64,000 nt of DNA from Acidithiobacillus sp. (GCA_041676785.1 JBAYRF010000004.1:69584-133583); one strand, 5' to 3'. Positions 32,340 through 43,407 are shown, counted from the first letter of the stretch. Translations and numbers: made by a program. Notes: generated by a model not told the origin, from the sequence alone.

Positions 32340-32375
32340 CCAGCCCTGATTGCAGGTGATGAGGAGAAACAAGGC

Positions 32376-33617
32376 TTGAAGAAACGGGTTGTTATTACCG
32401 GGCTGGGTATTGTATCCCCTGTTGGCATAGGTGTATCCACAGCTTGGCAGGCAATTATTCAAGGTCGCAGCGGTATCGGTAGAGTGACGCGTCTGGATCC
32501 TACACCCTATAGCTCGCAGATTGCGGGTGAGGTGCGGGATTTCGATGTCAGTCAGTATATTCCGAGCAAAGAAGCCAAAAAAATGGATTTGTTTATCCAT
32601 TATGGGGTGGCTGCTGCCATGGAAGCCATAGAAGACTCAGGGCTGAAGATTTCACCAGAAATTGCCGACCGGGTGGGTGTCTCTATTGGGAGTGGCATTG
32701 GTGGTCTGCCTGGAATTGAGGCGGAACATCAGGTGCTCAGCGAAAATGGACCTCGGCGAATCTCGCCTTTCTTCATTCCCCGTTGCATCGTCAATATGGT
32801 TTCCGGACATATTTCCATCTTATATGGTGCCAAAGGCCCCAATATTGCCATGGCGACGGCGTGTTCTACGGGCACGCATTCTATTGGTGACGCCGCTCGC
32901 ATGATTGAATACGGTGATGCGGACGTCATGATTGCGGGGGGTGCGGAAGCGGCCATCAGTCCACTGGGTCTTGGAGGCTTCTCTGCGGCGCGGGCGCTCT
33001 CTACCCGCAATGACGACCCCGAAAAGGCAAGTCGCCCTTGGGATAAGGACCGAGATGGGTTTGTTCTGGGCGAAGGTGCGGGCATTCTGGTTCTCGAAGA
33101 ATATGAGTTTGCGATGCGGCGCGGTGCGCGTATTTATGCCGAATTAGCGGGTTACGGCATGAGTTCTGATGCCTATCACATGACGCAACCGGCTCCAGGC
33201 GGCGAAGGTGCAGCGCGCTGCATGCGTGCGGCTATGCGTAACGCCCATGTAAGCGCGGACATGGTGGGGTACATTAATGCACATGGTACCTCCACGCCGC
33301 TGGGCGACCGCTCGGAAACCGATGCGGTGCATTCGGTTTTTGGAGAACATGCGGGTAAGCTCGCGATGAGCTCCACCAAGTCGATGACGGGGCATTTGCT
33401 GGGTGCGGCTGGCGGTGTGGAAGCCGTATTTACGACCTTGGCTCTCTATCACGAAATATTACCCCCGACTATCAACTTGGAGCAGGCTGACGAGGGCTGT
33501 GATCTGGATTATGTGCCCTTGAAGGCTCGCAAAGCAGCGGTGGAGGTGGCACTGAGTAATTCTTTTGGCTTCGGTGGTACCAATAGCTCTCTGGTGTTTC
33601 GTCGCCTGAGTCAGTAG
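32376..33617 (+). CDS. fabF: 3-oxoacyl-ACP synthase II
   Basis: [27 protein letters not shown]. Confidence 0.97.
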   Translation: MKKRVVITGLGIVSPVGIGVSTAWQAIIQGRSGIGRVTRLDPTPYSSQIAGEVRDFDVSQYIPSKEAKKMDLFIHYGVAAAMEAIEDSGLKISPEIADRVGVSIGSGIGGLPGIEAEHQVLSENGPRRISPFFIPRCIVNMVSGHISILYGAKGPNIAMATACSTGTHSIGDAARMIEYGDADVMIAGGAEAAISPLGLGGFSAARALSTRNDDPEKASRPWDKDRDGFVLGEGAGILVLEEYEFAMRRGARIYAELAGYGMSSDAYHMTQPAPGGEGAARCMRAAMRNAHVSADMVGYINAHGTSTPLGDRSETDAVHSVFGEHAGKLAMSSTKSMTGHLLGAAGGVEAVFTTLALYHEILPPTINLEQADEGCDLDYVPLKARKAAVEVALSNSFGFGGTNSSLVFRRLSQ

Positions 33618-33624
33618 CTTTTCC

Positions 33625-34491
33625 GTGGCGCTGCTCGCGGTCATGATGGATGGGGTGTTGCGCCAAGCGGGTGACCTTGGCGCAGAAAATGATCATCTCT
33701 TCAGTGATCGCGCTTTCCATTATGGTGATGGTCTTTTTGAAACTATTGCGGTCATTCATGGGCAGGCACTGTTCTGGGATGCGCACCTAGAGCGTTTGAC
33801 TGCGGGTGCAGAAATTCTCCACATTCCGGTGCCACCACTCACTGAGTGGCAAGCGGCCTTTCAACGGCTTGTCCACGATTACGCCCATCACGATCGTCTG
33901 GTGCTCAAATTGATTCTGGGACGTGGATCGGGAATAGGTTACGCCTCTCAAAATGCGGGACCATCTCGCTGCTATTTGTCGCTTTCCGAATGGCCCCAGC
34001 GTCGACCAGATTTCTGGAATCCTGGAATGATAGCCGATATCAGTCCTGTGCCCCTTCTTACCGGAGCACCCTACCTCGGTGTCAAAAGTCTGAACCGTTT
34101 GAATCAGGTGATGGCCCGAGATGCTTTGTCCGAGGATTGTGCGGAGGGTGTCATGCTGGACAGCGATGGAATCTTACGCGAAGGAACCATGTCCAACCTG
34201 TTTTGGGTGTCCGGTGGGGTGGTGCATACGCCTTGGCTAGAAAATGGTGGAATTATCGGAGTACAGCGCGATGCTATTCTGGCATGGCTCAGGACGCAAA
34301 ATATTGCGACGCGTATGGGGGTTTATCGTTCTGAGGTGCTGCGCGGTGCGGAAGAAATTTTTTTCAGTAACAGTCTGATCGGCATTTGGCCGGTACGCCG
34401 TTTTCAAGGACGGGCCTTACCCGGAAATGCCGGTCTGATCGCTTCCATCTTACTCGCTTGGCATCAAGAAATGGGACTGTGCCCATCATGA
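33625..34491 (+). CDS. pabC: Aminodeoxychorismate lyase (class IV PLP enzyme)
   Basis: DRAFHYGDGLFET, KSLNRL, EGTMSNLFW; canonical position after fabF. Confidence 0.9.
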   Translation: MALLAVMMDGVLRQAGDLGAENDHLFSDRAFHYGDGLFETIAVIHGQALFWDAHLERLTAGAEILHIPVPPLTEWQAAFQRLVHDYAHHDRLVLKLILGRGSGIGYASQNAGPSRCYLSLSEWPQRRPDFWNPGMIADISPVPLLTGAPYLGVKSLNRLNQVMARDALSEDCAEGVMLDSDGILREGTMSNLFWVSGGVVHTPWLENGGIIGVQRDAILAWLRTQNIATRMGVYRSEVLRGAEEIFFSNSLIGIWPVRRFQGRALPGNAGLIASILLAWHQEMGLCPS

Positions 34492-35531
34492 AAAAGCGTC
34501 GGCACCTAGGCTTATGGCTGTTTATCGTGTTGCTGCTTGCTCCGATGGCCTATTATGGCTTTAGTATGTATGGGCCATTGCGGTTGCCGCATCCACAAAC
34601 CCAAGTGGCGGTGACGTTGGGGAGTAGCGCTGAGCACAGCATGGCGATACTCACTAAAGCGGGAATTATTCAGTATCCGCGCGTTTTTCGATTGGCTTGG
34701 ATGCTTGCAGGACGACCGGGTCTACAGGCGGGTTTGTATGTTTTTCGAGGCCGAACTAATCAGGCAAGCGTGTTGCATCGTCTGATTCAGGGTCAATCCA
34801 CGCCGCTCAACGTGCTTATTGTACCGGGTTGGACCTTGTCTATGGTGATGCAGCAACTGCGCAAAAAATCGCCTTATCTCCGCGTTCAAGACCTGCCATT
34901 AGAAGCGCGAAGGTCTGATGCACTTTTCAAGGCAGGAATAGGTAATAAAAAGAGTGCGGAAGGCTGGTTGTTCCCCGATACCTATCGTTACGTGCCGGGA
35001 ACCAGTGCCATCAGTGTGCTGCGGCGGGCTTATCTACGCATGAACCGTAATTTGGGCCGGCTCTGGAAACATCGCGCATCTGGATTACCGCTGGATGATC
35101 CATACCAGGCTTTGATTCTTGCCTCTATTGTCCAAAAAGAAGGCGCGCCCCCGGCACAGCAGGCTCGCATAGCGGCGATTTTTCTGAACCGGCTGCGTCA
35201 GGGAATGCCGCTACAGTCTGATCCGACAATTATCTATGCCCTAGGTAGCCGCTATACGGGCAAGCTGATCCCGTCGGAAATGCAGATCAAGAGTCCCTAC
35301 AATACCTACATCCACAAAGGATTACCGCCGACGCCTATTGCTATGCCCGGTTTAAGCAGCTTGATGGCAGTACTTCATCCGGCGCATAGTGAGGACCTCT
35401 ATTTTATCGCCCAAGGTACGGCGTACCATTACTCCGCGACTTATGCCGAACATATAGAGCAAATACACCGCTATCTTCAGCCGCCCAAAAATCCGCCCCA
35501 AGATGTTTCGCAAAAAGCCCATCATGCCTAA
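34488..35531 (+). CDS. mltG: Endolytic transglycosylase MltG
   Basis: EGWLFPDTY, ASIVQKE, LQSDPT, SPYNTY...GLPPTPI. Confidence 0.95.
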   Translation: MKKRRHLGLWLFIVLLLAPMAYYGFSMYGPLRLPHPQTQVAVTLGSSAEHSMAILTKAGIIQYPRVFRLAWMLAGRPGLQAGLYVFRGRTNQASVLHRLIQGQSTPLNVLIVPGWTLSMVMQQLRKKSPYLRVQDLPLEARRSDALFKAGIGNKKSAEGWLFPDTYRYVPGTSAISVLRRAYLRMNRNLGRLWKHRASGLPLDDPYQALILASIVQKEGAPPAQQARIAAIFLNRLRQGMPLQSDPTIIYALGSRYTGKLIPSEMQIKSPYNTYIHKGLPPTPIAMPGLSSLMAVLHPAHSEDLYFIAQGTAYHYSATYAEHIEQIHRYLQPPKNPPQDVSQKAHHA

Positions 35532-36171
35532 TACTACCAAGACGTACCCAGGTTTTTTTCTCACTCTGGAAGGCATTGAGGGTGCAGGTAAGAGTTCCGC
35601 AGTATCCGTGCTCGCGGACTTCTGTAGGGCTCAGGGTTATGCTGTGGAAGTTACGCGTGAGCCGGGTGGTGGGCCTCTTGGTGAAGCACTTCGCACCATA
35701 TTCCTCAATGATCAGTTACATCTGGGGGCGGAAGAGGAACTCCTGCTCCTGTATGCCGGACGTCGTGATCACTGGTTGCAGAGAATCCAGCCAGCCCTGA
35801 TAGCTGGCAAAGTGGTGATTTGCGACCGTTATGAAGACTCAACCTACGCGTATCAAAGTGGTGGTCGTGGTATTGCCCCGGAAAGGATTGCGACATTAGC
35901 CGAGTGGGCCGGAATAACAAAAGCGCCCGATCTAACCCTGTGGTTGGATCTGAGTCCAGAATTAGGCGCGGAGCGGATTCGCGCCCGCAAGCTCGACCGC
36001 CTAGAACAGGAGGATATTCGGTTTTTTCGTCGGGCTCGCGCGGAATTTTTGCGTCGGCAGATGACAGAACCTCAGCGCGTACTTCAGGTGGATGCGGCGG
36101 AACCCCTCGCGCAGGTGCATGCGGCACTGATTCAACGGCTTGCGAAACGCTTGCAGGATCACTTCGCTTGA
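35524..36171 (+). CDS. tmk: Thymidylate kinase
   Basis: EGIEGAGKSS, TREPGG, CDRY..ST.AYQ. Confidence 0.96.
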   Translation: MPNTTKTYPGFFLTLEGIEGAGKSSAVSVLADFCRAQGYAVEVTREPGGGPLGEALRTIFLNDQLHLGAEEELLLLYAGRRDHWLQRIQPALIAGKVVICDRYEDSTYAYQSGGRGIAPERIATLAEWAGITKAPDLTLWLDLSPELGAERIRARKLDRLEQEDIRFFRRARAEFLRRQMTEPQRVLQVDAAEPLAQVHAALIQRLAKRLQDHFA

Positions 36172-37166
36172 GGCCGTTTCAACCGGAAGCGCTGCAATGG
36201 AAACCGATTCAAGCACTGCTGACAGCCGGGTTGCCGCAAGCCATGCTCGCTGTAGGCCAAGCGGGTACTTTGGTTGGGCGCTATGTGGATATACTGCAGG
36301 CTTCGGCTTTGTGCTTTTCGCCATCAACGGATGGCTTCGCTTGTGGTGAATGCCGATCCTGTCATCTGCTGGCAGAACAGTCGCATCCGGATTTTTTAAT
36401 GGTGAGCGCAGAACCGGGTAAAAAAATTGCTATTGATCAAGTTCGTCAAGCGACAGAGTTTTTAAGTTATACCCCGCAGGTAAGTGCACGCCGCTGGCTT
36501 CGTTTGGAACCTGGCGAGGCGATGACCGGAGCTGCCGCCAATGCATTGCTGAAAACGCTGGAGGAACCAGCATCTAGTGCGCACATTCTCTTGCTCAGCG
36601 AACAACCTTCACGTTTACTGCCGACCGTTCGCTCGCGTTTGCAACGCCTCCCTTTTCCCAAAGAAGACGCTGAAGAAACGGTTCAGTGGTTAAAAGCGCA
36701 GGGATTAGATGACGGTGCCGCCTGCTTATTGGCTCGCCAGTTCAACGGGCGACCCGTAAAAGCTCTTGCGAGTTGGCAATCGGGCTGGGCGGACCAGCGC
36801 GCTGAGTGGATGCGTACTTTGCTGGAGTTGCCAGAAAAGGGGCCGATAGCCGCACTCCGTATAGCGGATAGCTGGAGCAAGGCCGATATAGCGCTCTTAC
36901 GAGAGTTTATCCTCAGTTTATTAAGCGATTTGATTCGATTACGTTATGGGCATCTGGACAAGATGGTACATGTAGACTATTTGGATGAGTTGCGTCCCGT
37001 GGCTGTGCTGGCCGATGTGGAAGGATTGTTTCGGGAGTTAGAGGTGTGGTTGCGCTTACCGGAAGCAATGGCCGGTAACGTCAACCTTGTTATGGTATTG
37101 GAAAAGCAATTATTGGACTGGATTGCTATTTGGCGGAGAGAAAAAAATCATGGAGCTCAAACCTGA
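36168..37166 (+). CDS. holB: DNA polymerase III delta-prime subunit
   Basis: CGECRSC, HPDF, AANALLKTLEEP, LPTVRSR; TTG start overlapping the tmk stop. Confidence 0.92.
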   Translation: MRPFQPEALQWKPIQALLTAGLPQAMLAVGQAGTLVGRYVDILQASALCFSPSTDGFACGECRSCHLLAEQSHPDFLMVSAEPGKKIAIDQVRQATEFLSYTPQVSARRWLRLEPGEAMTGAAANALLKTLEEPASSAHILLLSEQPSRLLPTVRSRLQRLPFPKEDAEETVQWLKAQGLDDGAACLLARQFNGRPVKALASWQSGWADQRAEWMRTLLELPEKGPIAALRIADSWSKADIALLREFILSLLSDLIRLRYGHLDKMVHVDYLDELRPVAVLADVEGLFRELEVWLRLPEAMAGNVNLVMVLEKQLLDWIAIWRREKNHGAQT

Positions 37167-37509
37167 AGGCAGTAGCGGGTCTGCGACAGCCATTTCTGTG
37201 GTATTGCGCGATCCGATGGCGGTGCAACGTTGTTTTATGCCGTCGATAAAAGGGGGAGGGATTCTGGTAGAGACGCCTAATTTGCTGCCTATGGGAACCG
37301 AAGTGCTCCTCATGATTACCCTTCCAGATAACCAACCCCGTGCTCCGGTGATGGGTAAAGTCGTGTGGGTTACGCCCGCTGAAAATCGCGATGGTCGTCC
37401 TCCGGCTATCGGCATTCAGTTTCAAAATGATCGCTCTGGTGCCTTGATTCGTATTCAGAACGCCCTCTCTGGGCTGCCTGCAAACCAAGGCGAGGTACTG
37501 ACTTTTTAA
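37150..37509 (+). CDS. pilZ: Type IV pilus PilZ protein
   Basis: MPSIKGGGILV, GKVVWVTP, IGIQF; canonical position after holB. Confidence 0.85.
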   Translation: MELKPEGSSGSATAISVVLRDPMAVQRCFMPSIKGGGILVETPNLLPMGTEVLLMITLPDNQPRAPVMGKVVWVTPAENRDGRPPAIGIQFQNDRSGALIRIQNALSGLPANQGEVLTF

Positions 37510-37566
37510 ATTCATGCCCGGAGCATTGCTCTGCTATGGTGGTCTGGGTTAAACTGCCCCCCCTCA

Positions 37567-37657
<91 letters not shown>

Positions 37658-37983
37658 CAAATTTTACTTAAGCCATTGAAGCTGGGTGCGTGATGGGTAA
37701 TCACCACGATAGGGCCTTCATGTTGATGCTCCGTGAACTGCTCTCCAGCCAGACGATGCTATCTTGATGCACTTTGAGGATCGCTTCTGGGGTGATACTC
37801 GTAAAATCCGCGTCAGAACTTACTTCGAAGTCGGGCATCAAACGCTGGCAGGCTCACATTTGGGTGTTGCAGGTGAAATCCGTCCAGAAGGTGGTGCCTA
37901 GAAAAATGATGGCAAGGCCCAAGATTCCGTGCCCACGATGACCCAGAATACGCAATTATGGATGATTGCAGGGTGCATCATGC

Positions 37984-40900
37984 TTATCGCGTCCGAAGGG
38001 ATTCATAAAGCCCCGCATTATTGAGCAGGATATCCTTCAGCCCGCCTTGAATAGCGACGGAGTTTAATGCTTGGGTACTCATCAGGGTGTGGGCATCAAG
38101 TGCGCCCATGATCGCGTTCAGCAGTTCGGTTTTGAGATCCGGCGAATTGGCAAACTGTTCTTTGGTGTTGTTCGTGGCTTGCTGCCGGAGGGTTTCAGAT
38201 TCCAGCAGCTTGCCCTTGATGACGCTGTTGACGTAGACGAGCTTGTCCTGATCGGTGAGTTCGCCATCAAACAGATCATTCAATTTCTCGATGATCTCGG
38301 CTATATAGGCTTTTTGTTTTTCCTGAACATGGCCACTGCCGCTATCCGTAATTGGGTAGAGTAGGGGCGTATCCCCTGTGTTGAGGGGCATGGAGATTTT
38401 GCCGAGGTGCTTTAGATGATGGTGGGTGAGCACGACTTTCGAGAGATCAATGCCTTCGCGTTCTCGACCAAATTCTAGGAGCGGGAGCAGGCGTTTGTAA
38501 AAAAGGGCGCGACTTTCAATGGCGGTATTGCCGTAATCGAAGATCTGCGACAGAAACGTGTACAGCCGTAGATAGGCGCCCATATCGCGCTTAAACAGGG
38601 TTAAGGTACTCAGCGCATCCTGTGCGCTTTCCACGCCCTGTCCGTCTGGTTGGTCTTGCGCGGTTTTGAGTGCGGCTTGGGCGGCTTTGTAGCGTTTCAT
38701 GACCCGGTCCTGTACCGGCTCTAAAGCGGCGATAAGCTCGCGCTGTTGGGCGTTGGGGTTGAGTTCAACGGCTACCACTCGTTCCACTTCAAAATCATCA
38801 TATAGACCGCTAGCGTCCAGCTTGGCGCGCAGGTCGAAGATGAGATTGGGGTCGGTAGTCGTCGCGAGTTCCGCTGTGGTGTAGTAGGTCTTAAAAGCGG
38901 CCAAGACGTCCTTTGCGTCATTCACAAAATCCAGCACATAGGTCGTGTCCTTGCCGGGATAGGCACGATTTAGACGCGATAGCGTTTGCACCGCCTGAAT
39001 CCCCGCCAATCGCTTATCCACATACATACCGCACAACAGGGGTTGATCGAAACCAGTCTGGAATTTATTGGCGACTAGCAAAATTTGGTATTCATCGCCC
39101 TTGAAGGCTTCGCGGATGTCGCGGCCTTTGAGGTTAGGGTTGAGGGTGGCACTGTGTTCGGTAAAGGCATCCGGCCCGGATTCCGGGTCGTTCACTTCGC
39201 CGGAAAAGGCGACCAGCGTGCCGATGTGATATCCATGTTCCCGGATGTATTTCTGAATCGCCCGTTGCCAGCGCACCGCTTCCAGCCGGCTGGCGACCAC
39301 CACCATGGCCTTGGCTTTACCCTGCAGCAATGGCGATACGAAAGTACGGAAGTGCTCAACCACGACTTCGACTTTCTGGGCGATGTTATAGGGATGCAAT
39401 CGTACCCAGCCCAGAATCGACTTCAGTGCGGTGCTACGATCCACTTGGTGTTCGTCGATCTCTTGGCCGTTGTGGGCGAGTTTGAAGGCTAGTTTGTAAG
39501 CGGTGTAGTTCTGCAGCACATCGAGAATGAATCCCTCCTCGATGGCCTGACGCATGGAGTACACATGAAAGGGTAGGGGTACATTATCCTCTGCCGGTTT
39601 GCGGGAGGGATCGGGACGCGTGCCGAACAATTCCATGGTTTTATTCTTAGGGGTGGCGGTATAGGCGACAAAGGTAATGCCGCCATCGTCTGCGCGGGTG
39701 GACATTTGTGCAGCGAGGATGTCTTCGGTGCTGATTTCGCCACCGTCGTTCAGTTCGGCCAACTCTTCGGGGTTCAATACGGCTTTGAGTTGGGTGGCGG
39801 CTTCGCCGGTTTGCGAGCTGTGGGCTTCATCGGCGATGACCGCAAAGTGTTTGCCTTGGGTGGCGGCCAGATTACGCACCGCTTCCAGCGCAAAGGGGAA
39901 GGTTTGAATGGTGCAGACCACAATTTTTTTGTCGCCCGATAGGGCCTCGGCGAGCTGGCTGCTTTTGCTGCCATCTTTGTGGGTGATGGTCGCCACCACC
40001 CCGCTGGTACGCTGAAAATCGAAGAGCGCTTCCTGAAGCTGGGCGTCAATCACATTGCGGTCAGAGACCACCAGAACGGTATCAAAGAGCTTCTGGTGTT
40101 GGGCGTCATGCAGTTCCGCCAGAAAATGCGCGGTCCAGGCAATGGAATTGGTTTTACCCGAACCCGCAGAATGCTGAATGAGATACTTACTACCCGGCCC
40201 ATCCTGCAGTACGGCCGTTTGCAGCTTGCGAGTCACATCCAACTGATGGAAACGCGGGAAGAGGATTTTATGAATGTGCTTTTTGGAATCCCGCTGCGCG
40301 ATCAAATAGCGACCAAGGATCTCTAACCAGCTTTCCCGCGCCCACACCTGTTCCCACAGGTACGCAGTACGGTGACCGCCGTTGAGATTGGGTGGATTCC
40401 CCGCCGCACCCTCATCACCCTGATTAAAGGGCAGGAACACCGTGGCCGGACCGGACAGCTTGGTTACCATCTGCACTTCGGTATTGCTGACCGCAAAATG
40501 CACTAAGGCGCCGTTGGGGAAAGACAGTAATGGCTCAGCGGCTTGGCCTTTGGGTTTGGGGTTACGGTCGAAGCGATATTGATCCACCGCATCGTGAATG
40601 CTTTGGGTAAAATCGGTTTTGAGTTCCGCTGTAGCAACGGGTATGCCGTTCAGGAACAAGCCCAGATCGATGCTGTTCTCGTTGTGCAACGAATAACGCA
40701 ACTGCCGTACTACGCGCAGCCGGTTGGTGGCATAGCGCGCCAGAATATCGGGATTGATTGCCAACGCCGGTTTGAACTGCGCGAGTAAAAGAGGGGCTTT
40801 CAGACCCAAAAGCTCAATGCCGTGGCGCAGAACATCCAGAGTACCGCGTTGATCGAGCTGATCGCGCAGCCGCGACAACAAGGTTTCACCGGCTTTAGTA

Positions 40901-41088
40901 CCGTGATTTTTCAGGAGGACTTCCCAAGCTTTCGGCTGCGTTTCTTGTATCCAAGCCAACACATCCGCCGGAAACAAGGCCCGTGCGCGGTCATATTGCG
41001 CGGCATCACCCTCGGCATAGAGCCAGTTGTGTGCGGCGAGGTGCTCGCAAATCTCGGTCTCAAAGCGGATTTCTTTGTGGATGCTCAT
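37984..41088 (-). CDS. hsdR: Type I restriction endonuclease subunit R
   Basis: Nuclease GIPVATAELK, HSAGSGKT, IADEAH, TATPK, FQTGFDQP, QTLSRLNR. Confidence 0.96.
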   Translation of the reverse strand: MSIHKEIRFETEICEHLAAHNWLYAEGDAAQYDRARALFPADVLAWIQETQPKAWEVLLKNHGTKAGETLLSRLRDQLDQRGTLDVLRHGIELLGLKAPLLLAQFKPALAINPDILARYATNRLRVVRQLRYSLHNENSIDLGLFLNGIPVATAELKTDFTQSIHDAVDQYRFDRNPKPKGQAAEPLLSFPNGALVHFAVSNTEVQMVTKLSGPATVFLPFNQGDEGAAGNPPNLNGGHRTAYLWEQVWARESWLEILGRYLIAQRDSKKHIHKILFPRFHQLDVTRKLQTAVLQDGPGSKYLIQHSAGSGKTNSIAWTAHFLAELHDAQHQKLFDTVLVVSDRNVIDAQLQEALFDFQRTSGVVATITHKDGSKSSQLAEALSGDKKIVVCTIQTFPFALEAVRNLAATQGKHFAVIADEAHSSQTGEAATQLKAVLNPEELAELNDGGEISTEDILAAQMSTRADDGGITFVAYTATPKNKTMELFGTRPDPSRKPAEDNVPLPFHVYSMRQAIEEGFILDVLQNYTAYKLAFKLAHNGQEIDEHQVDRSTALKSILGWVRLHPYNIAQKVEVVVEHFRTFVSPLLQGKAKAMVVVASRLEAVRWQRAIQKYIREHGYHIGTLVAFSGEVNDPESGPDAFTEHSATLNPNLKGRDIREAFKGDEYQILLVANKFQTGFDQPLLCGMYVDKRLAGIQAVQTLSRLNRAYPGKDTTYVLDFVNDAKDVLAAFKTYYTTAELATTTDPNLIFDLRAKLDASGLYDDFEVERVVAVELNPNAQQRELIAALEPVQDRVMKRYKAAQAALKTAQDQPDGQGVESAQDALSTLTLFKRDMGAYLRLYTFLSQIFDYGNTAIESRALFYKRLLPLLEFGREREGIDLSKVVLTHHHLKHLGKISMPLNTGDTPLLYPITDSGSGHVQEKQKAYIAEIIEKLNDLFDGELTDQDKLVYVNSVIKGKLLESETLRQQATNNTKEQFANSPDLKTELLNAIMGALDAHTLMSTQALNSVAIQGGLKDILLNNAGLYESLRTR

Positions 41089-41103
41089 ATTTGTGTACCG
41101 ACC

Positions 41104-41325
41104 TTAGTTCCGTCCGATCAATTGGGCGCCGTTGGCTTTGAGTTCTGCCAAAGAGATAAAGCGCGCTTGTTCGGCGACGATCTTTTTCCGGCGGGCCTGC
41201 ACTATCTCCTCATGCCAAAACGGCGAGGCTGGCTCATGCGCCGCATGGGTAAGCGAATCCCAAAGGGCTTCCATGGTCTGCAACTGTTCTTGCGTAGTCA
41301 TGTTTTCAATGTCGATGGGTTGCAT
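41104..41325 (-). CDS. Putative addiction-module antitoxin component (orphan)
   Basis: MTTQEQLQTMEALWDSL...SPFWHEEIVQAR pattern of the small addiction module family. Confidence 0.75.
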   Translation of the reverse strand: MQPIDIENMTTQEQLQTMEALWDSLTHAAHEPASPFWHEEIVQARRKKIVAEQARFISLAELKANGAQLIGRN

Positions 41326-41451
41326 GGTGATTCCTGATCGGGGCTGTCTTGAGTGATTGCCTTAAGTTATAACGCATAGGTGAAGCGTACACTATGGCGG
41401 CGCTGTAATGGCTCATCAGCGGCCTAAACGACACAATGGACAATCGCGTTG

Positions 41452-42783
41452 TCACATCGCTGCCCGCACATCAATCTGGCCGGTGACAGCGGCGGAAATC
41501 AGCGCGGAGCGGCGTTCCTGAAAGAGGTCGATGGCACGTTGGGCTTCGGTGGTGAGAGTGTCGAGCTTAGCGGTTTCATCTTTGATGAATGCAATGATTT
41601 CATGCTGTTCACTGAGAGGAGGTATGGCAATTACGAATTCTCGAATTATTCCTTGACCGATCTTTTTCATGGAAGGGCTTGTACCTGTCGCATCCCGTTC
41701 AATTTGATACCGAACATTTGGGGAACGCAATGACAGCACAAGAAACTCACCCTCAACTCTTTCTGGTTTTGCACGAAAGCGATAGAGCAGGTCAGACAAA
41801 AGAAGACGGGGCCTTACCTCTGCTACGAATGTTGCCGATCCTACGAGTTCAAGCGTGTTGCCCCTGCTCATGAGAATGTCCCTAGGCTTGATCTCGTAGA
41901 TTGGCTGGGGTTCCAGTTCTAGAGGTAGTCTCTTTTGTTCATTGTAATCAAATTGTTCGCGATTTACACAGCCAACTTTGAGGACACCCCATTCGTCCTC
42001 TGCGGCTGGTTCACTCCAACATTGCGGTGACCATCCCTGCTCGATCTTGGTGATGGAATACTTCAACGGCTTAACCTCCCAATGCGCGGGCACATCGCCG
42101 AGCCACTCAATGCCGGAGGGTTTCATGGGGGCGGCGGGGTTTAGACCTTTGGTGACGGCGTGGGAAATGACGGCTTGGCGTTTTTCTTTGAGCAGTTCGA
42201 TCAACCGCCGCTGTTCTGTCACCAGTGCATCAATCTTCGCTGTCTCGCGGTCAAGAAAGGCGAGGATCGTCTTCTGCTCATCAATTGGAGGGACACCAAC
42301 ACCGATTGGCTTGAGAATGTCCCAGTTGATCGCACAACGGTGCTCGAGAATCCCATTCCCAAAAGATTGAGCGTAGGTCTGAAACGCACGGTTTTCAAAG
42401 ACACGGTATGCGAAGCGCGATTCAACCACGCAGCCCTGAGGTTTCAGCACGATGTAAACAGGGCTACATACGCCGTCATAATCTGACAACCCATAGGAAC
42501 CTATCCCGTAGTTCATGCTGTTGATGACAAAATCGCCCTGAGCAACCATTTTGCACTTGCTCAAATCTTCCGGCTTCTTATTCCCAACATCTCCCTTTTC
42601 CGCATATGGGATAATTCCTACGTTTGCCATCAACGAAAGGTAATCCTGACACGTTGCGCCCTCATTTTTTGCGGTTCGCTCATGGACAATTGCGCGGCAA
42701 GGGAGTACCTCCCAATGCGCCGGCACCTCGCCCAGCCATTTCACACCGCTGTCTTTGTATTCGGGATAACGCGGGAAACTCAT
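41452..42783 (-). CDS. hsdS: Type I R-M specificity subunit (two TRDs)
   Basis: YKDSGVKWLGEVPAHW, PPIDEQ, central ETAKIDAL...LLKEKRQA, PSGIEWLGDVPAHW, C-terminal SAAVTGQIDV. Confidence 0.96.
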   Translation of the reverse strand: MSFPRYPEYKDSGVKWLGEVPAHWEVLPCRAIVHERTAKNEGATCQDYLSLMANVGIIPYAEKGDVGNKKPEDLSKCKMVAQGDFVINSMNYGIGSYGLSDYDGVCSPVYIVLKPQGCVVESRFAYRVFENRAFQTYAQSFGNGILEHRCAINWDILKPIGVGVPPIDEQKTILAFLDRETAKIDALVTEQRRLIELLKEKRQAVISHAVTKGLNPAAPMKPSGIEWLGDVPAHWEVKPLKYSITKIEQGWSPQCWSEPAAEDEWGVLKVGCVNREQFDYNEQKRLPLELEPQPIYEIKPRDILMSRGNTLELVGSATFVAEVRPRLLLSDLLYRFRAKPERVEGEFLVLSLRSPNVRYQIERDATGTSPSMKKIGQGIIREFVIAIPPLSEQHEIIAFIKDETAKLDTLTTEAQRAIDLFQERRSALISAAVTGQIDVRAAM

Positions 42784-43394
42784 GCGGCTGCTCCTCGTGC
42801 GGCTTGCACGGCATGTTGCCAAAGGGCTTCGTGTTCCCACAACGGCGGGAAGCCCATGTGGATGCGGGAGATTTGCGGATTAGCGTCTAGCAGGCGAACA
42901 AGCCGTTCTGCCCAGTGACTTTCGGGATTAATTTGTTGCATGAGGGTTTCAATCACGACCAATTGCAGGTAGAGCCGACGCTGTGGGCTGAGCGTTGGGG
43001 TTGTCTCTGAGCGTGCCCCGCTGGGGATGGCGGTGGGTATCTGTGGCCAATGGCTGGGGGGTTTTTTAGGTAGTACGGGGTAACTACCAAACTCACGGTT
43101 CCATACGCGCATGTGGTGGGCGCACAGATTGCGTAAATCAGATAGGCTGCGGAACCAGGAGCTTAAAACGGTGTGATGCCCGCCGAAGTGCTGGCTAATA
43201 CGGTTGGTATCCGCCTTATTTCGTACATGAGCGAACAAGATGGAGATGACCTTAAACGTCAGTAATTCCATAGCCATCCATACGGGCGGCTGTTCGGGTG
43301 CTGCGGTGTATTTTTCACGGTAATGCGCTAAAAACGCTTCAACATCGCGCGCTTGGGCTTCTGGCGTGAGGGCGGGCTTAGCAAAAGCGGTCAT
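42780..43394 (-). pseudogene. Abi-family (AbiF/AbiD, Abi_2) HEPN protein with an apparent in-frame internal deletion
   Basis: N-terminal AKPALT..Q joined directly to AFLAHYREKY...PPVWMAMELLTF; HEPN motif LRNLCAHH..VWNR; only 204 aa. Confidence 0.75.
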
Positions 43395-43407
43395 TTACAT
43401 AAACCCC

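Noticed and set aside
37510-37566. Absence of tatD after holB-pilZ
   Set aside because: A common synteny variation; nothing suggests a deletion scar
37703-37840. 45-codon minus-strand ORF MPDFEVSSDADFTS... after tRNA-Ser
   Set aside because: Short, no recognisable motif or RBS; may be a remnant, but I cannot support an assignment
41362-41450. Possible integron attC site between hsdS and the orphan antitoxin (GACAACGC...GCGTTATAAC on the minus strand)
   Set aside because: Only the outer AACGC/GCGTT pair matches; the L boxes and internal stem do not pair, there is no integrase, and there is no attC after the antitoxin
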